A stretch of DNA of 64,000 nt from positions 49,681 through 113,680 of the IMG/VR virus record IMGVR_UViG_3300020159_001521. One strand, written 5' to 3'. The notes below the pieces were generated by a model. The model was not told the DNA's origin. It saw only the letters and a program-made list of their open reading frames with translations, and did no database searches. Of the stretch, positions 19,138-28,540 are shown in pieces; the first letter of the stretch is position 1, and each line of letters begins with the position of its first letter. Made by a program: the position numbers and the translations under genes. Source of the stretch: a virus.

Positions 19138-20991
19138 ATGGACTTAGGATTAGACGCATTAAGTAAAATTACAGTGTTTAGTAAGTATGCAAAATACCTA
19201 CCTGAACAGAAAAGAAGAGAAACGTGGGATGAAATTGTGAACAGGTATGTTGCTATGATGATTAAGAAATATCCTAAGTTGGAAGATGCAATTCTTTCTA
19301 CATCAACAATGATTAGAGATAAGAAGGTGTTACCTTCTATGAGAGCACTTCAGTTTGCTGGTCCAGCTGCAGAAGTGAACAATTCTAGAATATACAACTG
19401 TTGTTTCCTTCCTATAGATAGCATACATAGCTTCAGTGAAACTATGTTTCTGTTATTAGGTGGAACAGGAGTGGGATATTCCGTACAGAAGCATCATGTG
19501 GAACAACTTCCTGCTATTACTAAGACAGGTAAGAAGCGTAACTATCTTATCGAGGACAGTATAATGGGCTGGGCAGACGCTGTAAAGGTGTTGATGAAAG
19601 CCTATTTAGAGGGAGGATTCATGCCTTCTTTTGACTTTAGAGCTATTAGGCACAAAGGTGCTAGGCTTATTACAGCTGGTGGTAAAGCACCTGGTCCTGA
19701 GCCTCTGAAGATATGTTTGGCACATGTACAGGCTATTTTAGACAGGAAACAAGAAGGAGAATTTCTATCTCCTTTAGAATGTCATGATATACTGTGTCAC
19801 ATTGCCAACTCTGTTCTTTCTGGAGGAATCAGAAGGTCAGCCATGATTGCTCTGTTCAGTGATGATGATGAGGAAATGATTACATGTAAGTATGGAACAT
19901 GGTATGAGCTGAACGAACAAAGAGGACGTGCAAATAATTCAGTTGTACTTGAAAGAGGAGTGGTTACAGAAGAAAAGTTCTATGACATTTGGAATAGAAT
20001 TGAAGCTTCTGGATCTGGTGAACCTGGTATTTATTGGACTAACAATAAAGATTGGGGAACCAACCCATGTTGCGAGATTGCACTCAGACCATATCAGTTC
20101 TGTAATCTGTGTGAGGTGAATGTAAGTGATGTAAGTAGTCAGGATGATTTGAATAATCGTGTAGCATCAGCTTCCTTCTTTGGAACTCTTCAGGCTGGAT
20201 TTACAGACTTCCATTATTTGAGACCTATTTGGCAGAAGACAACACAAAAGGATGCTCTGTTAGGAATTGGTATGACAGGAATAGGAAGTGGTGAGATTCT
20301 TAAATACAACCTGGACATTGCAGCTCATGTAGGAGTGGTGATGAATAGCATGATTAGTGCTGTAATTGGAACAAATGAAGCAGCTAGGGTGACATGTATT
20401 AAGCCAAGTGGTACAACCAGTTTAGTGTTGGGTACAGCTAGTGGTATACATGCATGGCACAATGACTACTATCTTAGGACAATGAGGTTTAACAAGAATG
20501 AAGACCTTGCAGCCTACCTGATGGTTAATCATCCTGAATTGTGTGAAGATGATGTTCTCAGACCTACAGACACAGTGTGTGTACGTATTCCTGTTAAAGC
20601 TCCAGAAGGATCTATTCTTAGAACAGAAACAGCTCTCGATACATTAGAACGTGTTAAGAGGTTTTCTCTTGAATGGATTAAAGCAGGACATGTTAATGGT
20701 GATAATACACATAATGTATCAGCTACAATTTCCATCCTTGAAGATGGTTGGAAAGAAGTGGGAGAGTGGATGTGGACCAATAGAGAGGTGTATAATGGCT
20801 TGTCAGTCTTGAACTACCATGGGGGCAGTTATCGCCAGGCCCCTTTCGAGGACATAACAAAGGAAGAATACGAGACCAGAGTGGACTTATTGAAATCTCT
20901 TGACCTCACTAAGGTGATAGAGCTAGATGATACAGTTGACTTCAGTCAAGTAGTAAGTTGTGCAGGTGGTGCATGTGAAGTTAATATATGA
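19138..20991 (+). CDS. nrdJ: class II (B12-dependent) ribonucleotide reductase
   Basis: RRETW, PSMRAL, YNCC, GTGVG, GGIRRSA, TNPCCEI, CNL, KPSGT, C-terminal CAGGAC; no small-subunit gene nearby. Confidence 0.92.
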   Translation: MDLGLDALSKITVFSKYAKYLPEQKRRETWDEIVNRYVAMMIKKYPKLEDAILSTSTMIRDKKVLPSMRALQFAGPAAEVNNSRIYNCCFLPIDSIHSFSETMFLLLGGTGVGYSVQKHHVEQLPAITKTGKKRNYLIEDSIMGWADAVKVLMKAYLEGGFMPSFDFRAIRHKGARLITAGGKAPGPEPLKICLAHVQAILDRKQEGEFLSPLECHDILCHIANSVLSGGIRRSAMIALFSDDDEEMITCKYGTWYELNEQRGRANNSVVLERGVVTEEKFYDIWNRIEASGSGEPGIYWTNNKDWGTNPCCEIALRPYQFCNLCEVNVSDVSSQDDLNNRVASASFFGTLQAGFTDFHYLRPIWQKTTQKDALLGIGMTGIGSGEILKYNLDIAAHVGVVMNSMISAVIGTNEAARVTCIKPSGTTSLVLGTASGIHAWHNDYYLRTMRFNKNEDLAAYLMVNHPELCEDDVLRPTDTVCVRIPVKAPEGSILRTETALDTLERVKRFSLEWIKAGHVNGDNTHNVSATISILEDGWKEVGEWMWTNREVYNGLSVLNYHGGSYRQAPFEDITKEEYETRVDLLKSLDLTKVIELDDTVDFSQVVSCAGGACEVNI

Positions 20992-21155
20992 AGAAAGAAT
21001 TCATAGAAGGAGTGCATTTCTATTTAGAAAATGGCAAGGTGGTGTTTACAGAAAAATACCATCTTGACAGAGGGCAATGTTGTGGATCTAAAGGAGGATG
21101 TAGACATTGTCCTTACATTCCTAAAGGTATTAAAGGTAATAAACAGAAGAAATAG
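20988..21155 (+). CDS. small Cys-rich protein (DUF5522-like, 55 aa)
   Basis: Translated manually: ...VFTEKYHLDRGQCCGSKGGCRHCPY...; ATGA overlap with nrdJ. Confidence 0.75.
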   Translation: MKKEFIEGVHFYLENGKVVFTEKYHLDRGQCCGSKGGCRHCPYIPKGIKGNKQKK

Positions 21156-21177
21156 TCCATTAGTTTTTCGATTTCAC

Positions 21178-21209
21178 GTCCTGGGATGTCCATCCTGGGA
21201 CTCTTTTTT
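21178..21209 (+). terminator. intrinsic terminator
   Basis: GTCCTGGGAT-gtcc-ATCCTGGGAC followed by TCTTTTTT. Confidence 0.65.
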
Positions 21210-21234
21210 GTTTGGCCCTTTAAACTAAATTTTG

Positions 21235-21242
21235 TATATTTG
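21235..21242 (+). promoter_or_regulatory. -7 promoter element TATATTTG
   Basis: TAnnTTTG 14 nt upstream of recA. Confidence 0.65.
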
Positions 21243-21256
21243 ATAAAATAAACTAT

Positions 21257-22282
21257 ATGGCGAAATCAACAAAAGAATCTTCAGGAAGCAAGATTCAGGA
21301 AGCATTAGACAAATTAAATAAGACGTATGGTGTAGGCACAGTGCTTACATTGGATAACAAAGGAAACAATAGCTATGATGTAATTAGCACAGGCTCTATT
21401 GGTTTTGATTGGGTTACATTGGGAACAGGAGGATTTGTTAAGGGTAAGATGTATGAACTGATGGGCTGGGAGGGCTCTGGTAAATCTACAATATGTGGTC
21501 ATGCTGTAGCTGAGTGTCAGAAGAAGGGTGGTACAGTGCTGTATATAGATGGCGAGCATGCTGTAGACAAGAACTATTTTGAGGCTCTTGGTGTAGACAC
21601 AAATAAGATGCTCATTGCTCAACCAAGCTGCGGTGAGGAAGGTTTTAACATTGCTATGGAGATGATTAAAACTGGAGACATCGATATGATTATCATCGAC
21701 TCAGACAGTAGTTTGATTCCTAAGAAGGTGTTAGATGGTGAGGTGGGTGATAGTGCTATTGGTAAGAAAGCTGTACTTAACAGCAGTGCCTATCCAAAAC
21801 TCAAGAGTGCTTTGTCTGAATTCAATGTATGTGTAATTGTAATCAGTCAATACAGAGAGAAGATTGGTGTTATGTTTGGCAATCCCACAACCACTCAGGG
21901 AGGACATGCTTTGAAATACTACACAGACTGTAGGATAGAGGTGAGCAAGAGTCTTGCTAAAGAGGGTGATGTAAATTACGGCAACATCACAAAGGTGAAG
22001 TCTGTAAAGAACAAAATGTCTCCTCCTTATAGACTAACTCAGTTTGAGATTGTTTATGGTGCAGGCATTGATAAGGTGAAAGAGATTATGGAATTGGGCA
22101 GTGAGTACGAAATTTTCAAAAAGTGGGGAAAAACCATTACATTTGGTGAAAATAAGTATGATCTTGATCAATTTTCTGAATTACTTTTACATAACGAAGA
22201 GTTCTACAATGACATTACAGAGAAAATCAAAACTAAAATAAATCAATCAGAACCTAAAATCGAAGAGAATGTTGAAGATTAA
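21257..22282 (+). CDS. recA: RecA-family recombinase
   Basis: ISTGS, GWEGSGKS, IDGEHA, IIIDS, QYREKIGVMFGNPTTTQGGHALKYY, KNKMSPP. Confidence 0.95.
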   Translation: MAKSTKESSGSKIQEALDKLNKTYGVGTVLTLDNKGNNSYDVISTGSIGFDWVTLGTGGFVKGKMYELMGWEGSGKSTICGHAVAECQKKGGTVLYIDGEHAVDKNYFEALGVDTNKMLIAQPSCGEEGFNIAMEMIKTGDIDMIIIDSDSSLIPKKVLDGEVGDSAIGKKAVLNSSAYPKLKSALSEFNVCVIVISQYREKIGVMFGNPTTTQGGHALKYYTDCRIEVSKSLAKEGDVNYGNITKVKSVKNKMSPPYRLTQFEIVYGAGIDKVKEIMELGSEYEIFKKWGKTITFGENKYDLDQFSELLLHNEEFYNDITEKIKTKINQSEPKIEENVED

Positions 22283-22697
22283 GTTTAGAAAACTCAAGGA
22301 GAATGTTAATATGCCTGTAAAAGGTAGTGAACATGCTGCTTGTTTTGATGTTTATGCTAATTCATTAAGTTATTCTGGTCAGAAAGTTATTGTAGGACTA
22401 GGATTTCAAACAGAAATTCCTAAAGGATACAGAGGAGTGATTGTTCCTCGTAGCAACCTCACAAAACACTACTGGTTAATGAACAACTCTATAGGAATAA
22501 TCGACAGTGATTATAGAGGAGAATGGATGTGCATCTTTACACCAATTGGAAACTATAGTCAGTTCCCTTACGCTGTAGGTGAAAGAGTTGCTCAGATATA
22601 TTTTGAGAAGGTGGAAGATGTAGAGTTTGTTGATGCTAATGAGTTGGAATCTTCTGAAAGAGGAACTGGTGGTTTTGGCAGTACAGGCGTAATTTAA
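22269..22697 (+). CDS. dut: dUTPase
   Basis: ACFD, PRS, GIIDSDYRGE, RVAQ, RGTGGFGSTG. Confidence 0.95.
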   Translation: MLKIKFRKLKENVNMPVKGSEHAACFDVYANSLSYSGQKVIVGLGFQTEIPKGYRGVIVPRSNLTKHYWLMNNSIGIIDSDYRGEWMCIFTPIGNYSQFPYAVGERVAQIYFEKVEDVEFVDANELESSERGTGGFGSTGVI

Positions 22698-22708
22698 AAC
22701 CAATATAC

Positions 22709-22846
22709 ATGAGAAAGACAAGAAACATTTACAAGACAGAGAATGGCACCTACAGAGTTAGAAAGTATGTGAACGGTGTAAGACTTAGTAGAAACTTTAC
22801 GAAGCTTAAGGATGCTAGAGAATGGTTATTGTCACTACTTAATTAA
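22709..22846 (+). CDS. small basic protein, possible beta-sheet (AP2/arm-type) DNA-binding domain (45 aa)
   Basis: Translated manually: MRKTRNIYKTENGTYRVRKYVNGVRLSRNFTKLKDAREWL... Confidence 0.55.
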   Translation: MRKTRNIYKTENGTYRVRKYVNGVRLSRNFTKLKDAREWLLSLLN

Positions 22847-22851
22847 TCCTT

Positions 22852-23247
22852 ATGAAAACAACCCTCATCTACAATGCTGTGTATTGTACTCTTTGCGAAG
22901 AAACAATACAAAGCTACCATAGGCATGACTATAAGCATTGTACTTGTAGGAATGCCATGGTGGATGGAGGATTAGATTACAATAGATGGGGATGGGAAAC
23001 AGAAGGTTCTGTTATTAACCATTCCCTCTATTTGGAATCTAATCCTTTTTCTGTTATAAGACAACACTTTTATAGGTGGAATCATAACACACAAACATAT
23101 GTCACTCTTGAGAACATAGATGATGCATGGTTGGAAAATATCCTTAAATGGTATATTCCTTCTGATGTATCAAGAGGAGACATGAATCCTGATTATCTAT
23201 TATTGTTTTTACAAGAAAAACTTTACAGAAGTGAGCAAGAAGACTAA
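22852..23247 (+). CDS. Zn-finger phage protein
   Basis: CTLC...HRHDY..CTC...VDGG motif. Confidence 0.7.
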   Translation: MKTTLIYNAVYCTLCEETIQSYHRHDYKHCTCRNAMVDGGLDYNRWGWETEGSVINHSLYLESNPFSVIRQHFYRWNHNTQTYVTLENIDDAWLENILKWYIPSDVSRGDMNPDYLLLFLQEKLYRSEQED

Positions 23248-23464
23248 GATTATTTTAGACATTGATGACAGTGAAATGAACCTCTTTAAGAAGCAGTATA
23301 TAAATGCTGGTGAGGTGAAAGATGAACTTGAGAAACTAGAATATGAAGAGGACAAGCTTGACAAACGCAAAAAGGAATACAAGCTATGGAAAGATAAAAT
23401 GAACTTTCTTATAGACATGTATAATATAAAAGTAGGTTGGAAAGCTTATAAAAAAGTAGAATGA
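23231..23464 (+). CDS. hypothetical protein
   Basis: ORF in the operon. Confidence 0.55.
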   Translation: MSKKTKIILDIDDSEMNLFKKQYINAGEVKDELEKLEYEEDKLDKRKKEYKLWKDKMNFLIDMYNIKVGWKAYKKVE

Positions 23465-23850
23465 AATCTAAATGTAAGACATGTGGAAACAATTGTGAAG
23501 GTGAGTATTGTTTTAAACATAAACCAAGAAAACCTTTAGCTCAAACTAAGAAACCTAAAACTGAAAATGCTTCTGAAATGAGAGAGTTCTTTTTAAAAAT
23601 CTGGAGAAAGCGATTGCACTACTCACAAGTGAGTTTAAACTATCTGGGAAACGAACCATTATCAACGTTCTTTCATCACATCCTTCCTAAAGAAAAATAT
23701 CCTGAGGCTAAATTCGATGAGGATAACATAATTTTACTAACTTTGGAGGAGCATGACCAAGTTGAACGTGATATTTATAGGTATGACATAATTAATACAA
23801 AGAGGGAAAAGCTTATTAAAAAGTATGAAAGATCCGAAGAGAGAGTATAA
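23461..23850 (+). CDS. HNH-like nuclease
   Basis: HHILPK...NIILL...EH motif and an N-terminal Cys cluster. Confidence 0.65.
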   Translation: MKSKCKTCGNNCEGEYCFKHKPRKPLAQTKKPKTENASEMREFFLKIWRKRLHYSQVSLNYLGNEPLSTFFHHILPKEKYPEAKFDEDNIILLTLEEHDQVERDIYRYDIINTKREKLIKKYERSEERV

Positions 23851-24481
23851 GAATGACATTAAGTTTCAAGTAGCTTTAACAGAAGAGCAGAAACAAGCAA
23901 AAGATGTTATATTGAAGAATGTAATAACTATTCTTAAAGGTTCTGCTGGAAGTGGAAAGTCTACAGTAGCAGCTCAAGTAGCTCTAGACTGTTTGTTTAA
24001 AAAGCAGATAGAGAAAGTAATTATTACTAGACCGATGGTAGTTTCTTCTGATGAGATGGAGTTAGGAATTCTTCCTGGAGGCATAAACGAAAAGCTAAGT
24101 TTGTACACTGCTCCTGTGTATGACAATATGTATAGGCTATATAATAAGGAGAAAATTGAAACACTTATAAGAGAGGCCAAGATAGAAGTTATACCTATGT
24201 CTATGTTAAGAGGTAGAAATTTTTCAAACACTCTCTTGATAGGTGACGAAATGCAAAACTGTACAGATAGAGCTCTAGAAATGCTATTAACTAGGATTTG
24301 CAATGGTACCAAAGTAATACTTTGTGGAGATTCTGCACAGATAGACTTGAAAGATAGAAAACAAAGCGGATTTGACTACCTGTGTAAAAATTTAACAAAC
24401 ATTGAAGGAGCTGCTGTTGTAAAACTTACAAGCAATCACAGACATCCTATAATAGAGGAAATAATAAAAATATATCAGTAA
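23825..24481 (+). CDS. phoH: PhoH-like ATPase
   Basis: GSAGSGKS, ITRP, LPG, RGRNF, DEMQN, GDSAQID, RHP. Confidence 0.92.
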   Translation: MKDPKREYKNDIKFQVALTEEQKQAKDVILKNVITILKGSAGSGKSTVAAQVALDCLFKKQIEKVIITRPMVVSSDEMELGILPGGINEKLSLYTAPVYDNMYRLYNKEKIETLIREAKIEVIPMSMLRGRNFSNTLLIGDEMQNCTDRALEMLLTRICNGTKVILCGDSAQIDLKDRKQSGFDYLCKNLTNIEGAAVVKLTSNHRHPIIEEIIKIYQ

Positions 24482-24788
24482 GGTGGGTATATCAAAAGAA
24501 GTCAATAAAAGACACAAGAATATCAAAGTAAAAAGTGGTTATAGTATAGAATCTATGTTAATTTTTCCTTGTACTTTTTATGAAAGTACTATTATTGAGA
24601 AAACAATATTATGTGATTTGCGTAAAACTTATAGATATTTACCTTCTGTAAAATTTCCAGGATACAAGGAGTGTTTGTCTATTGATGCAAAAGACAACAT
24701 ATTAGAAAAATTAAAAAACATATTAATAAGTAACTACAACAGATCGTCTATTATTGGAAAAATCCTTGACTATGAGTATGGTAAATGA
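24468..24788 (+). pseudogene. probable truncated GIY-YIG-type homing endonuclease remnant
   Basis: The frame opens at 24468 as KYISKVGISK...R and ends with a F.GYKEC motif. It is AT-richer than its neighbours and lacks an N-terminal part and an ATG. Confidence 0.45.
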
Positions 24789-25131
24789 TTTATACACTTA
24801 CAAAGCTACAGTTGTTAGAGTGGTAGATGGTGATACAGCAGAGCTGATTATTGATCTTGGCTTCACTGTTCAATGGAGATCTACATGTAGATTCTATGGA
24901 GTTAACACACCTGAACTAAAAAGCAAAGATGCTGATGAGAAAGCAAAAGCACTACTAGCTAAAGAGTTTACCAAAGCAAATTTAAATGAAGGAGCCATCG
25001 TTATTATCAAAAGCAAAGACCTGGATAAATATGGCAGACCCCTTGTTGACATATATTGTGGTGAAGATTATAGCCTTCATCTTAATGCTGCTCTTATTGA
25101 TGCAGGGTTAGCAAAATCTCTTAAATACTAA
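24778..25131 (+). CDS. thermonuclease (SNase) family nuclease
   Basis: VVRVVDGDT, RFYGVNTPE, DKYGR, N..L...GLA. Confidence 0.9.
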   Translation: MVNDLYTYKATVVRVVDGDTAELIIDLGFTVQWRSTCRFYGVNTPELKSKDADEKAKALLAKEFTKANLNEGAIVIIKSKDLDKYGRPLVDIYCGEDYSLHLNAALIDAGLAKSLKY

Positions 25132-25142
25132 ACCAAAATAAA

Positions 25143-25445
25143 ATGAAGAATCAGTTTTTCTACACGAGGAGAGAAGTTTCTGGTGGTACACCTGAAGCTC
25201 CTGAGTACAGGACATTTACAGACAGCTTTAACATGGACAAGGTTATTAGGAGTATATCTCTTGAGGACGACAGAGTGCTTGTTCTCTTGGATGATTTGCA
25301 CGAAAGAGCCCAGCTTGTTCCTGATGTAGATCCTAAAACCAATAAGGTGAGAGGACAGAAGAGAGAAAGGAATGTTTATCAATCAGAAATCTATCTTGAA
25401 CAATCAGACGCAAAACGTTTCTATGAGCTTACTTCCATCAATTAG
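25143..25445 (+). CDS. conserved hypothetical protein
   Basis: 100-aa ORF with an A-rich leader. Confidence 0.7.
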   Translation: MKNQFFYTRREVSGGTPEAPEYRTFTDSFNMDKVIRSISLEDDRVLVLLDDLHERAQLVPDVDPKTNKVRGQKRERNVYQSEIYLEQSDAKRFYELTSIN

Positions 25446-26181
25446 TTGTAAATGCATCACTTACGGACGTGTAGACTTTCTGGAGGAATCTATTTATAGC
25501 TTCCTTCAGCAAGACTACCAAGGAGAAAGAGAACTTGTTATTGTAAATGACTATCCTTTACAGAAGCTTGTATTTGACCATCCTGATGTAAGAATCTACA
25601 ATCTTGATACAACCTTTCCTACAATAGGAGAAAAGGAAAACTTCATCCTTGAGAAATGTAGATTTGATGTAATAGCTGTTTGGGATGATGATGATGTGGC
25701 TATGCCTAATCACCTGAACAATATTGCTAAACACTTCGTTCCAGGATCAAATCTATTACATTGGCAAAAAGGAGTGCTGTTCAACGGTGACAACATTGAA
25801 GCTATTACATCATTGGGTAATTCTGGTATTGTATATAGTAGAGATGCTTGGGAAGCTGTAGGAAGACATCCTCTTGAGAATGCTGGATATGATATGACTC
25901 TAGTGGTTAGAATACATGAACTTGGACGAGATAAGGTTGTATTAGCATCTCCTGCTGATGAGGAAGTGAGCTGGTTCTATATGTGGGGAGGAAGAGGCTA
26001 TCACATGAGTGGTCTTGGTACAGACGATGATACACGTCCAAATGCTATACAAAGGCATTCTGCTCACGTAGAAAGACTCAGACAAATGGGACAGATTCCT
26101 ACAGGAGAAGTGAAGCTCATTCCCAATTGGACAAGGAATTATAAACAAATATTAAAAGAGTTCACTAATGCACATAAATAG
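25423..26181 (+). CDS. glycosyltransferase family 2-like
   Basis: ISC.CITYGR, SFLQQDY, ELVIVND, WDDDD (DXD) motifs. Confidence 0.85.
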   Translation: MSLLPSISCKCITYGRVDFLEESIYSFLQQDYQGERELVIVNDYPLQKLVFDHPDVRIYNLDTTFPTIGEKENFILEKCRFDVIAVWDDDDVAMPNHLNNIAKHFVPGSNLLHWQKGVLFNGDNIEAITSLGNSGIVYSRDAWEAVGRHPLENAGYDMTLVVRIHELGRDKVVLASPADEEVSWFYMWGGRGYHMSGLGTDDDTRPNAIQRHSAHVERLRQMGQIPTGEVKLIPNWTRNYKQILKEFTNAHK

Positions 26182-26824
26182 TATAGAAATTGATTCTACT
26201 AACTCTAGAACAGACTTATGTAATTTAGGAACACTCTATCCTACAGATAAATCTCCATACAATGAGAATTCTGGATTACATAAACATGCATACACTTCTA
26301 TATATAATCTTCTTTTCTCACACATAAGGTATAATGATGTGAAACTAGGAGAAGCTGGTATATTAGATAACATGTCTATGTTGTCTTGGAGAAACTACTT
26401 TCCAAATGCTAAGTTGTATGGCTATGAATGGTTTGATGATAGATTACATAAAGCTTTGGGAGATCGTTTACATAACAGTGTGTACATGAAAATGAACATA
26501 GAAGATGTAAACTCAATAGAAGAATGTTTACGTTCATCAGGAAGTGAGTTTGATATATTGATAGATGACTCAACACATGTATTTAAAGATCAAATCAACT
26601 TCATCAATGTTGCTTATAAACATTTAAAGCCTGGAGGCTTCTTGATTATTGAGGATATATTCATCTCTGAAAGTGAGAAACGATATGAAGATGCTATCGA
26701 TCATCTAAAAGAGTATTTCTCATCAGCTACATTTATATTTGCAAATCATGCTTTGAAATACTCTCCAGGATGGAACAATGATAAACTATTGGTATTAAAC
26801 AGAAACGATAAACCATGTTCTTAA
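26168..26824 (+). CDS. SAM-dependent methyltransferase (sugar O-methyltransferase-like)
   Basis: TDK...H.Y...Y, E.GI, W..YFPNA, FDILIDDSTH, LKPGG..IIED; pattern recalls MycE/ElmMI-type sugar methyltransferases. Confidence 0.8.
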   Translation: MHINSIEIDSTNSRTDLCNLGTLYPTDKSPYNENSGLHKHAYTSIYNLLFSHIRYNDVKLGEAGILDNMSMLSWRNYFPNAKLYGYEWFDDRLHKALGDRLHNSVYMKMNIEDVNSIEECLRSSGSEFDILIDDSTHVFKDQINFINVAYKHLKPGGFLIIEDIFISESEKRYEDAIDHLKEYFSSATFIFANHALKYSPGWNNDKLLVLNRNDKPCS

Positions 26825-27351
26825 ATATAATCACGCCCTGTTCAAGACCTAACAATCTAGAGGCCATCTCTAATAGTATCAACATTCCACCTGATCATTA
26901 CAGGTGGATTGTTGTTTTTGATTCTACAGAAATACCAGAAAACATCCCTCATAACTGTGAACCTTACGCAATAAAGGTGAATGGTAGTGTATTTGGTAAC
27001 GGTCAACGTAACTATGGAATAGATTTAGTTAAACACGGACATATCTATTTCAATGATGATGACACAACAATTGTACCTGTTCTTTGGGAAAATATAAAAG
27101 ATTTAACTGAACACTTCATATCATTCAGTCAAATTGAGAAGGATGGGAGGATGCGACTAATTGGGAAAACAGTAGGTGTAGGAGCAATAGATAGTCACAA
27201 CTTCATTGTATCTAAAGAAACAGTAGGTGACATAAGGTGGGAATTAGACAAGTATGATTCTGATGGATTCTTTGCATACGAGTGTTATAGAAAAGCAAAT
27301 AGCATAATTCATATACCTAAGGTGCTCTCTGTGTACAATTCATTAAAATGA
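26815..27351 (+). CDS. short GT-A fold glycosyltransferase
   Basis: IITPCSR, WIVVFD, RNYG, YFNDDDT motifs. Confidence 0.75.
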   Translation: MFLNIITPCSRPNNLEAISNSINIPPDHYRWIVVFDSTEIPENIPHNCEPYAIKVNGSVFGNGQRNYGIDLVKHGHIYFNDDDTTIVPVLWENIKDLTEHFISFSQIEKDGRMRLIGKTVGVGAIDSHNFIVSKETVGDIRWELDKYDSDGFFAYECYRKANSIIHIPKVLSVYNSLK

Positions 27352-27375
27352 AAAAGCCCCGTAATTGGGGCTTTT
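27352..27375. terminator. bidirectional intrinsic terminator between the convergent genome arms
   Basis: AAAAGCCCC-gtaatt-GGGGCTTTT, located exactly at the strand switch. Confidence 0.85.
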
Positions 27376-27378
27376 CAG

Positions 27379-27516
27379 TTATTTAGAAAGACGCTTTTGC
27401 TTCATGGGCCACATAGGACTCTTGAGTCTGAGTTTTGTATCAGCTTCCTTCATATAGTTTCCCTTTGGATTGGGATTCTTCACTTTAGGAGCTTTCTTTG
27501 GCTTTCCTGATTTCAT
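27379..27516 (-). CDS. small Lys-rich protein (45 aa)
   Basis: Translated manually: MKSGKPKKAPKVKNPNPKGNYMKEADTKLRLKSPMWPMKQKRLSK; ATGA overlap with the upstream gene. Confidence 0.65.
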   Translation of the reverse strand: MKSGKPKKAPKVKNPNPKGNYMKEADTKLRLKSPMWPMKQKRLSK

Positions 27517-27860
27517 TTACAGCCGTATTTACATTTACCCATCTTAGCACCACTCTTTGCTTTCATCTTGCCACCATTCTTAATAACACCACGTCCTTTA
27601 AGAATGTCAGCTTTAGTGATTTTACCATCCTTATTCAGGTCAGGGAATGAAGAGGCTTTACCACCATCTTTCATTTTCTTCTTAGGCATAACAGCCTTAG
27701 GCTTAGCAACAGATGATTTAGCAGATGCTACTGACTTTGCCATATTACCACTTGCATAATTCGACTTAGCTTTTGGAATCATCTTACCAGGATACATTTC
27801 ACTTTCTACCATTCCTTTAGGAACGTTCTTGCCAGTTTGGGCTTTTTTAACTTTTGCCAT
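27513..27860 (-). CDS. Lys-rich protein with an EF-hand-like loop
   Basis: DLNKDGKITKAD loop; repeated xKxGG motifs. Confidence 0.75.
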   Translation of the reverse strand: MAKVKKAQTGKNVPKGMVESEMYPGKMIPKAKSNYASGNMAKSVASAKSSVAKPKAVMPKKKMKDGGKASSFPDLNKDGKITKADILKGRGVIKNGGKMKAKSGAKMGKCKYGCK

Positions 27861-27878
27861 TATGTTTAATTTAATTGA

Positions 27879-28169
27879 TTAGCAATTCCATTTTCTCAAA
27901 GACTTATTGATTCTGCTATTTGGATCATTGGCAGTTTTGGCAGATGTCAGTTTCTTCTTCATTCCTGACATTCTACTACAAAATGATTTACGTCTTTTAG
28001 CAGATTTGCTTCCCTTCTTAAGCTTAGAAGGCTTTGTTGTAACAGCTGTCTTTAATTTACTGCCAGGATTAGCAGCTCTATAGCTTGCAACACCTTTAGC
28101 ATTGAGACCTCCAGATTCAGATTTTCCTTCTTTCCTGGTCCAGGCTTCTGATTTTTTAACTGTAGCCAT
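27879..28169 (-). CDS. basic phage protein (DUF6321-like)
   Basis: AWTRKEGK..GGLN..G, RRKSFCSRM, SLRKWNC motifs. Confidence 0.75.
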   Translation of the reverse strand: MATVKKSEAWTRKEGKSESGGLNAKGVASYRAANPGSKLKTAVTTKPSKLKKGSKSAKRRKSFCSRMSGMKKKLTSAKTANDPNSRINKSLRKWNC

Positions 28170-28359
28170 GTCTTCCAAAGGTTATATTGTTCTTTACAAT
28201 AATGTCTTTATGCCTGAACTGCCACATTTCACCAGTGGTATTTATAATCACTGTATATATTGTGTCAGATTCATGTCCGTAGTCTGTAACTAACCAAATG
28301 ATTCCATCACCTTTAGGTGTTGTCACCTCTACACGGTTGGATGGTTCGAATATTATCAC
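28156..28359 (-). CDS. hypothetical protein
   Basis: V.TPKG.G...DYG...TGEMW; packed between neighbours. Confidence 0.7.
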   Translation of the reverse strand: MIIFEPSNRVEVTTPKGDGIIWLVTDYGHESDTIYTVIINTTGEMWQFRHKDIIVKNNITFGRHGYS

Positions 28360-28538
28360 TTCTTCTTCATCTTCTTGAGAGTCTGAGCAAGGCGTGCTCT
28401 TTGACCCATTTTACCAGGCTTCTTAGCAGCAGCTGCAAGTTTACCAGCAGGGATCTTTTCTCCCTTTTTAACACCAAGAGATGAGCGTAGGGCACCAGGC
28501 TTCTTAATAGCCTTCTGTATCCATTTCTTGTCAGCCAT
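28356..28538 (-). CDS. small Lys-rich protein
   Basis: WIQKAIKKPGAL...RARLAQTLKK. Confidence 0.75.
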   Translation of the reverse strand: MADKKWIQKAIKKPGALRSSLGVKKGEKIPAGKLAAAAKKPGKMGQRARLAQTLKKMKKK

Positions 28539-28540
28539 GG

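Noticed and set aside
20821-20847. GGGGGC...GCCCCT hairpin
   Set aside because: Short stem within conserved nrdJ coding sequence (GGSYRQAPF); probably incidental.
21031-21228. 65-aa ORF in the provided track after nrdJ
   Set aside because: The alternative frame 20988..21155 gives a recognisable CCG..GCRHCPY protein coupled to nrdJ, and the listed ORF runs through a terminator.
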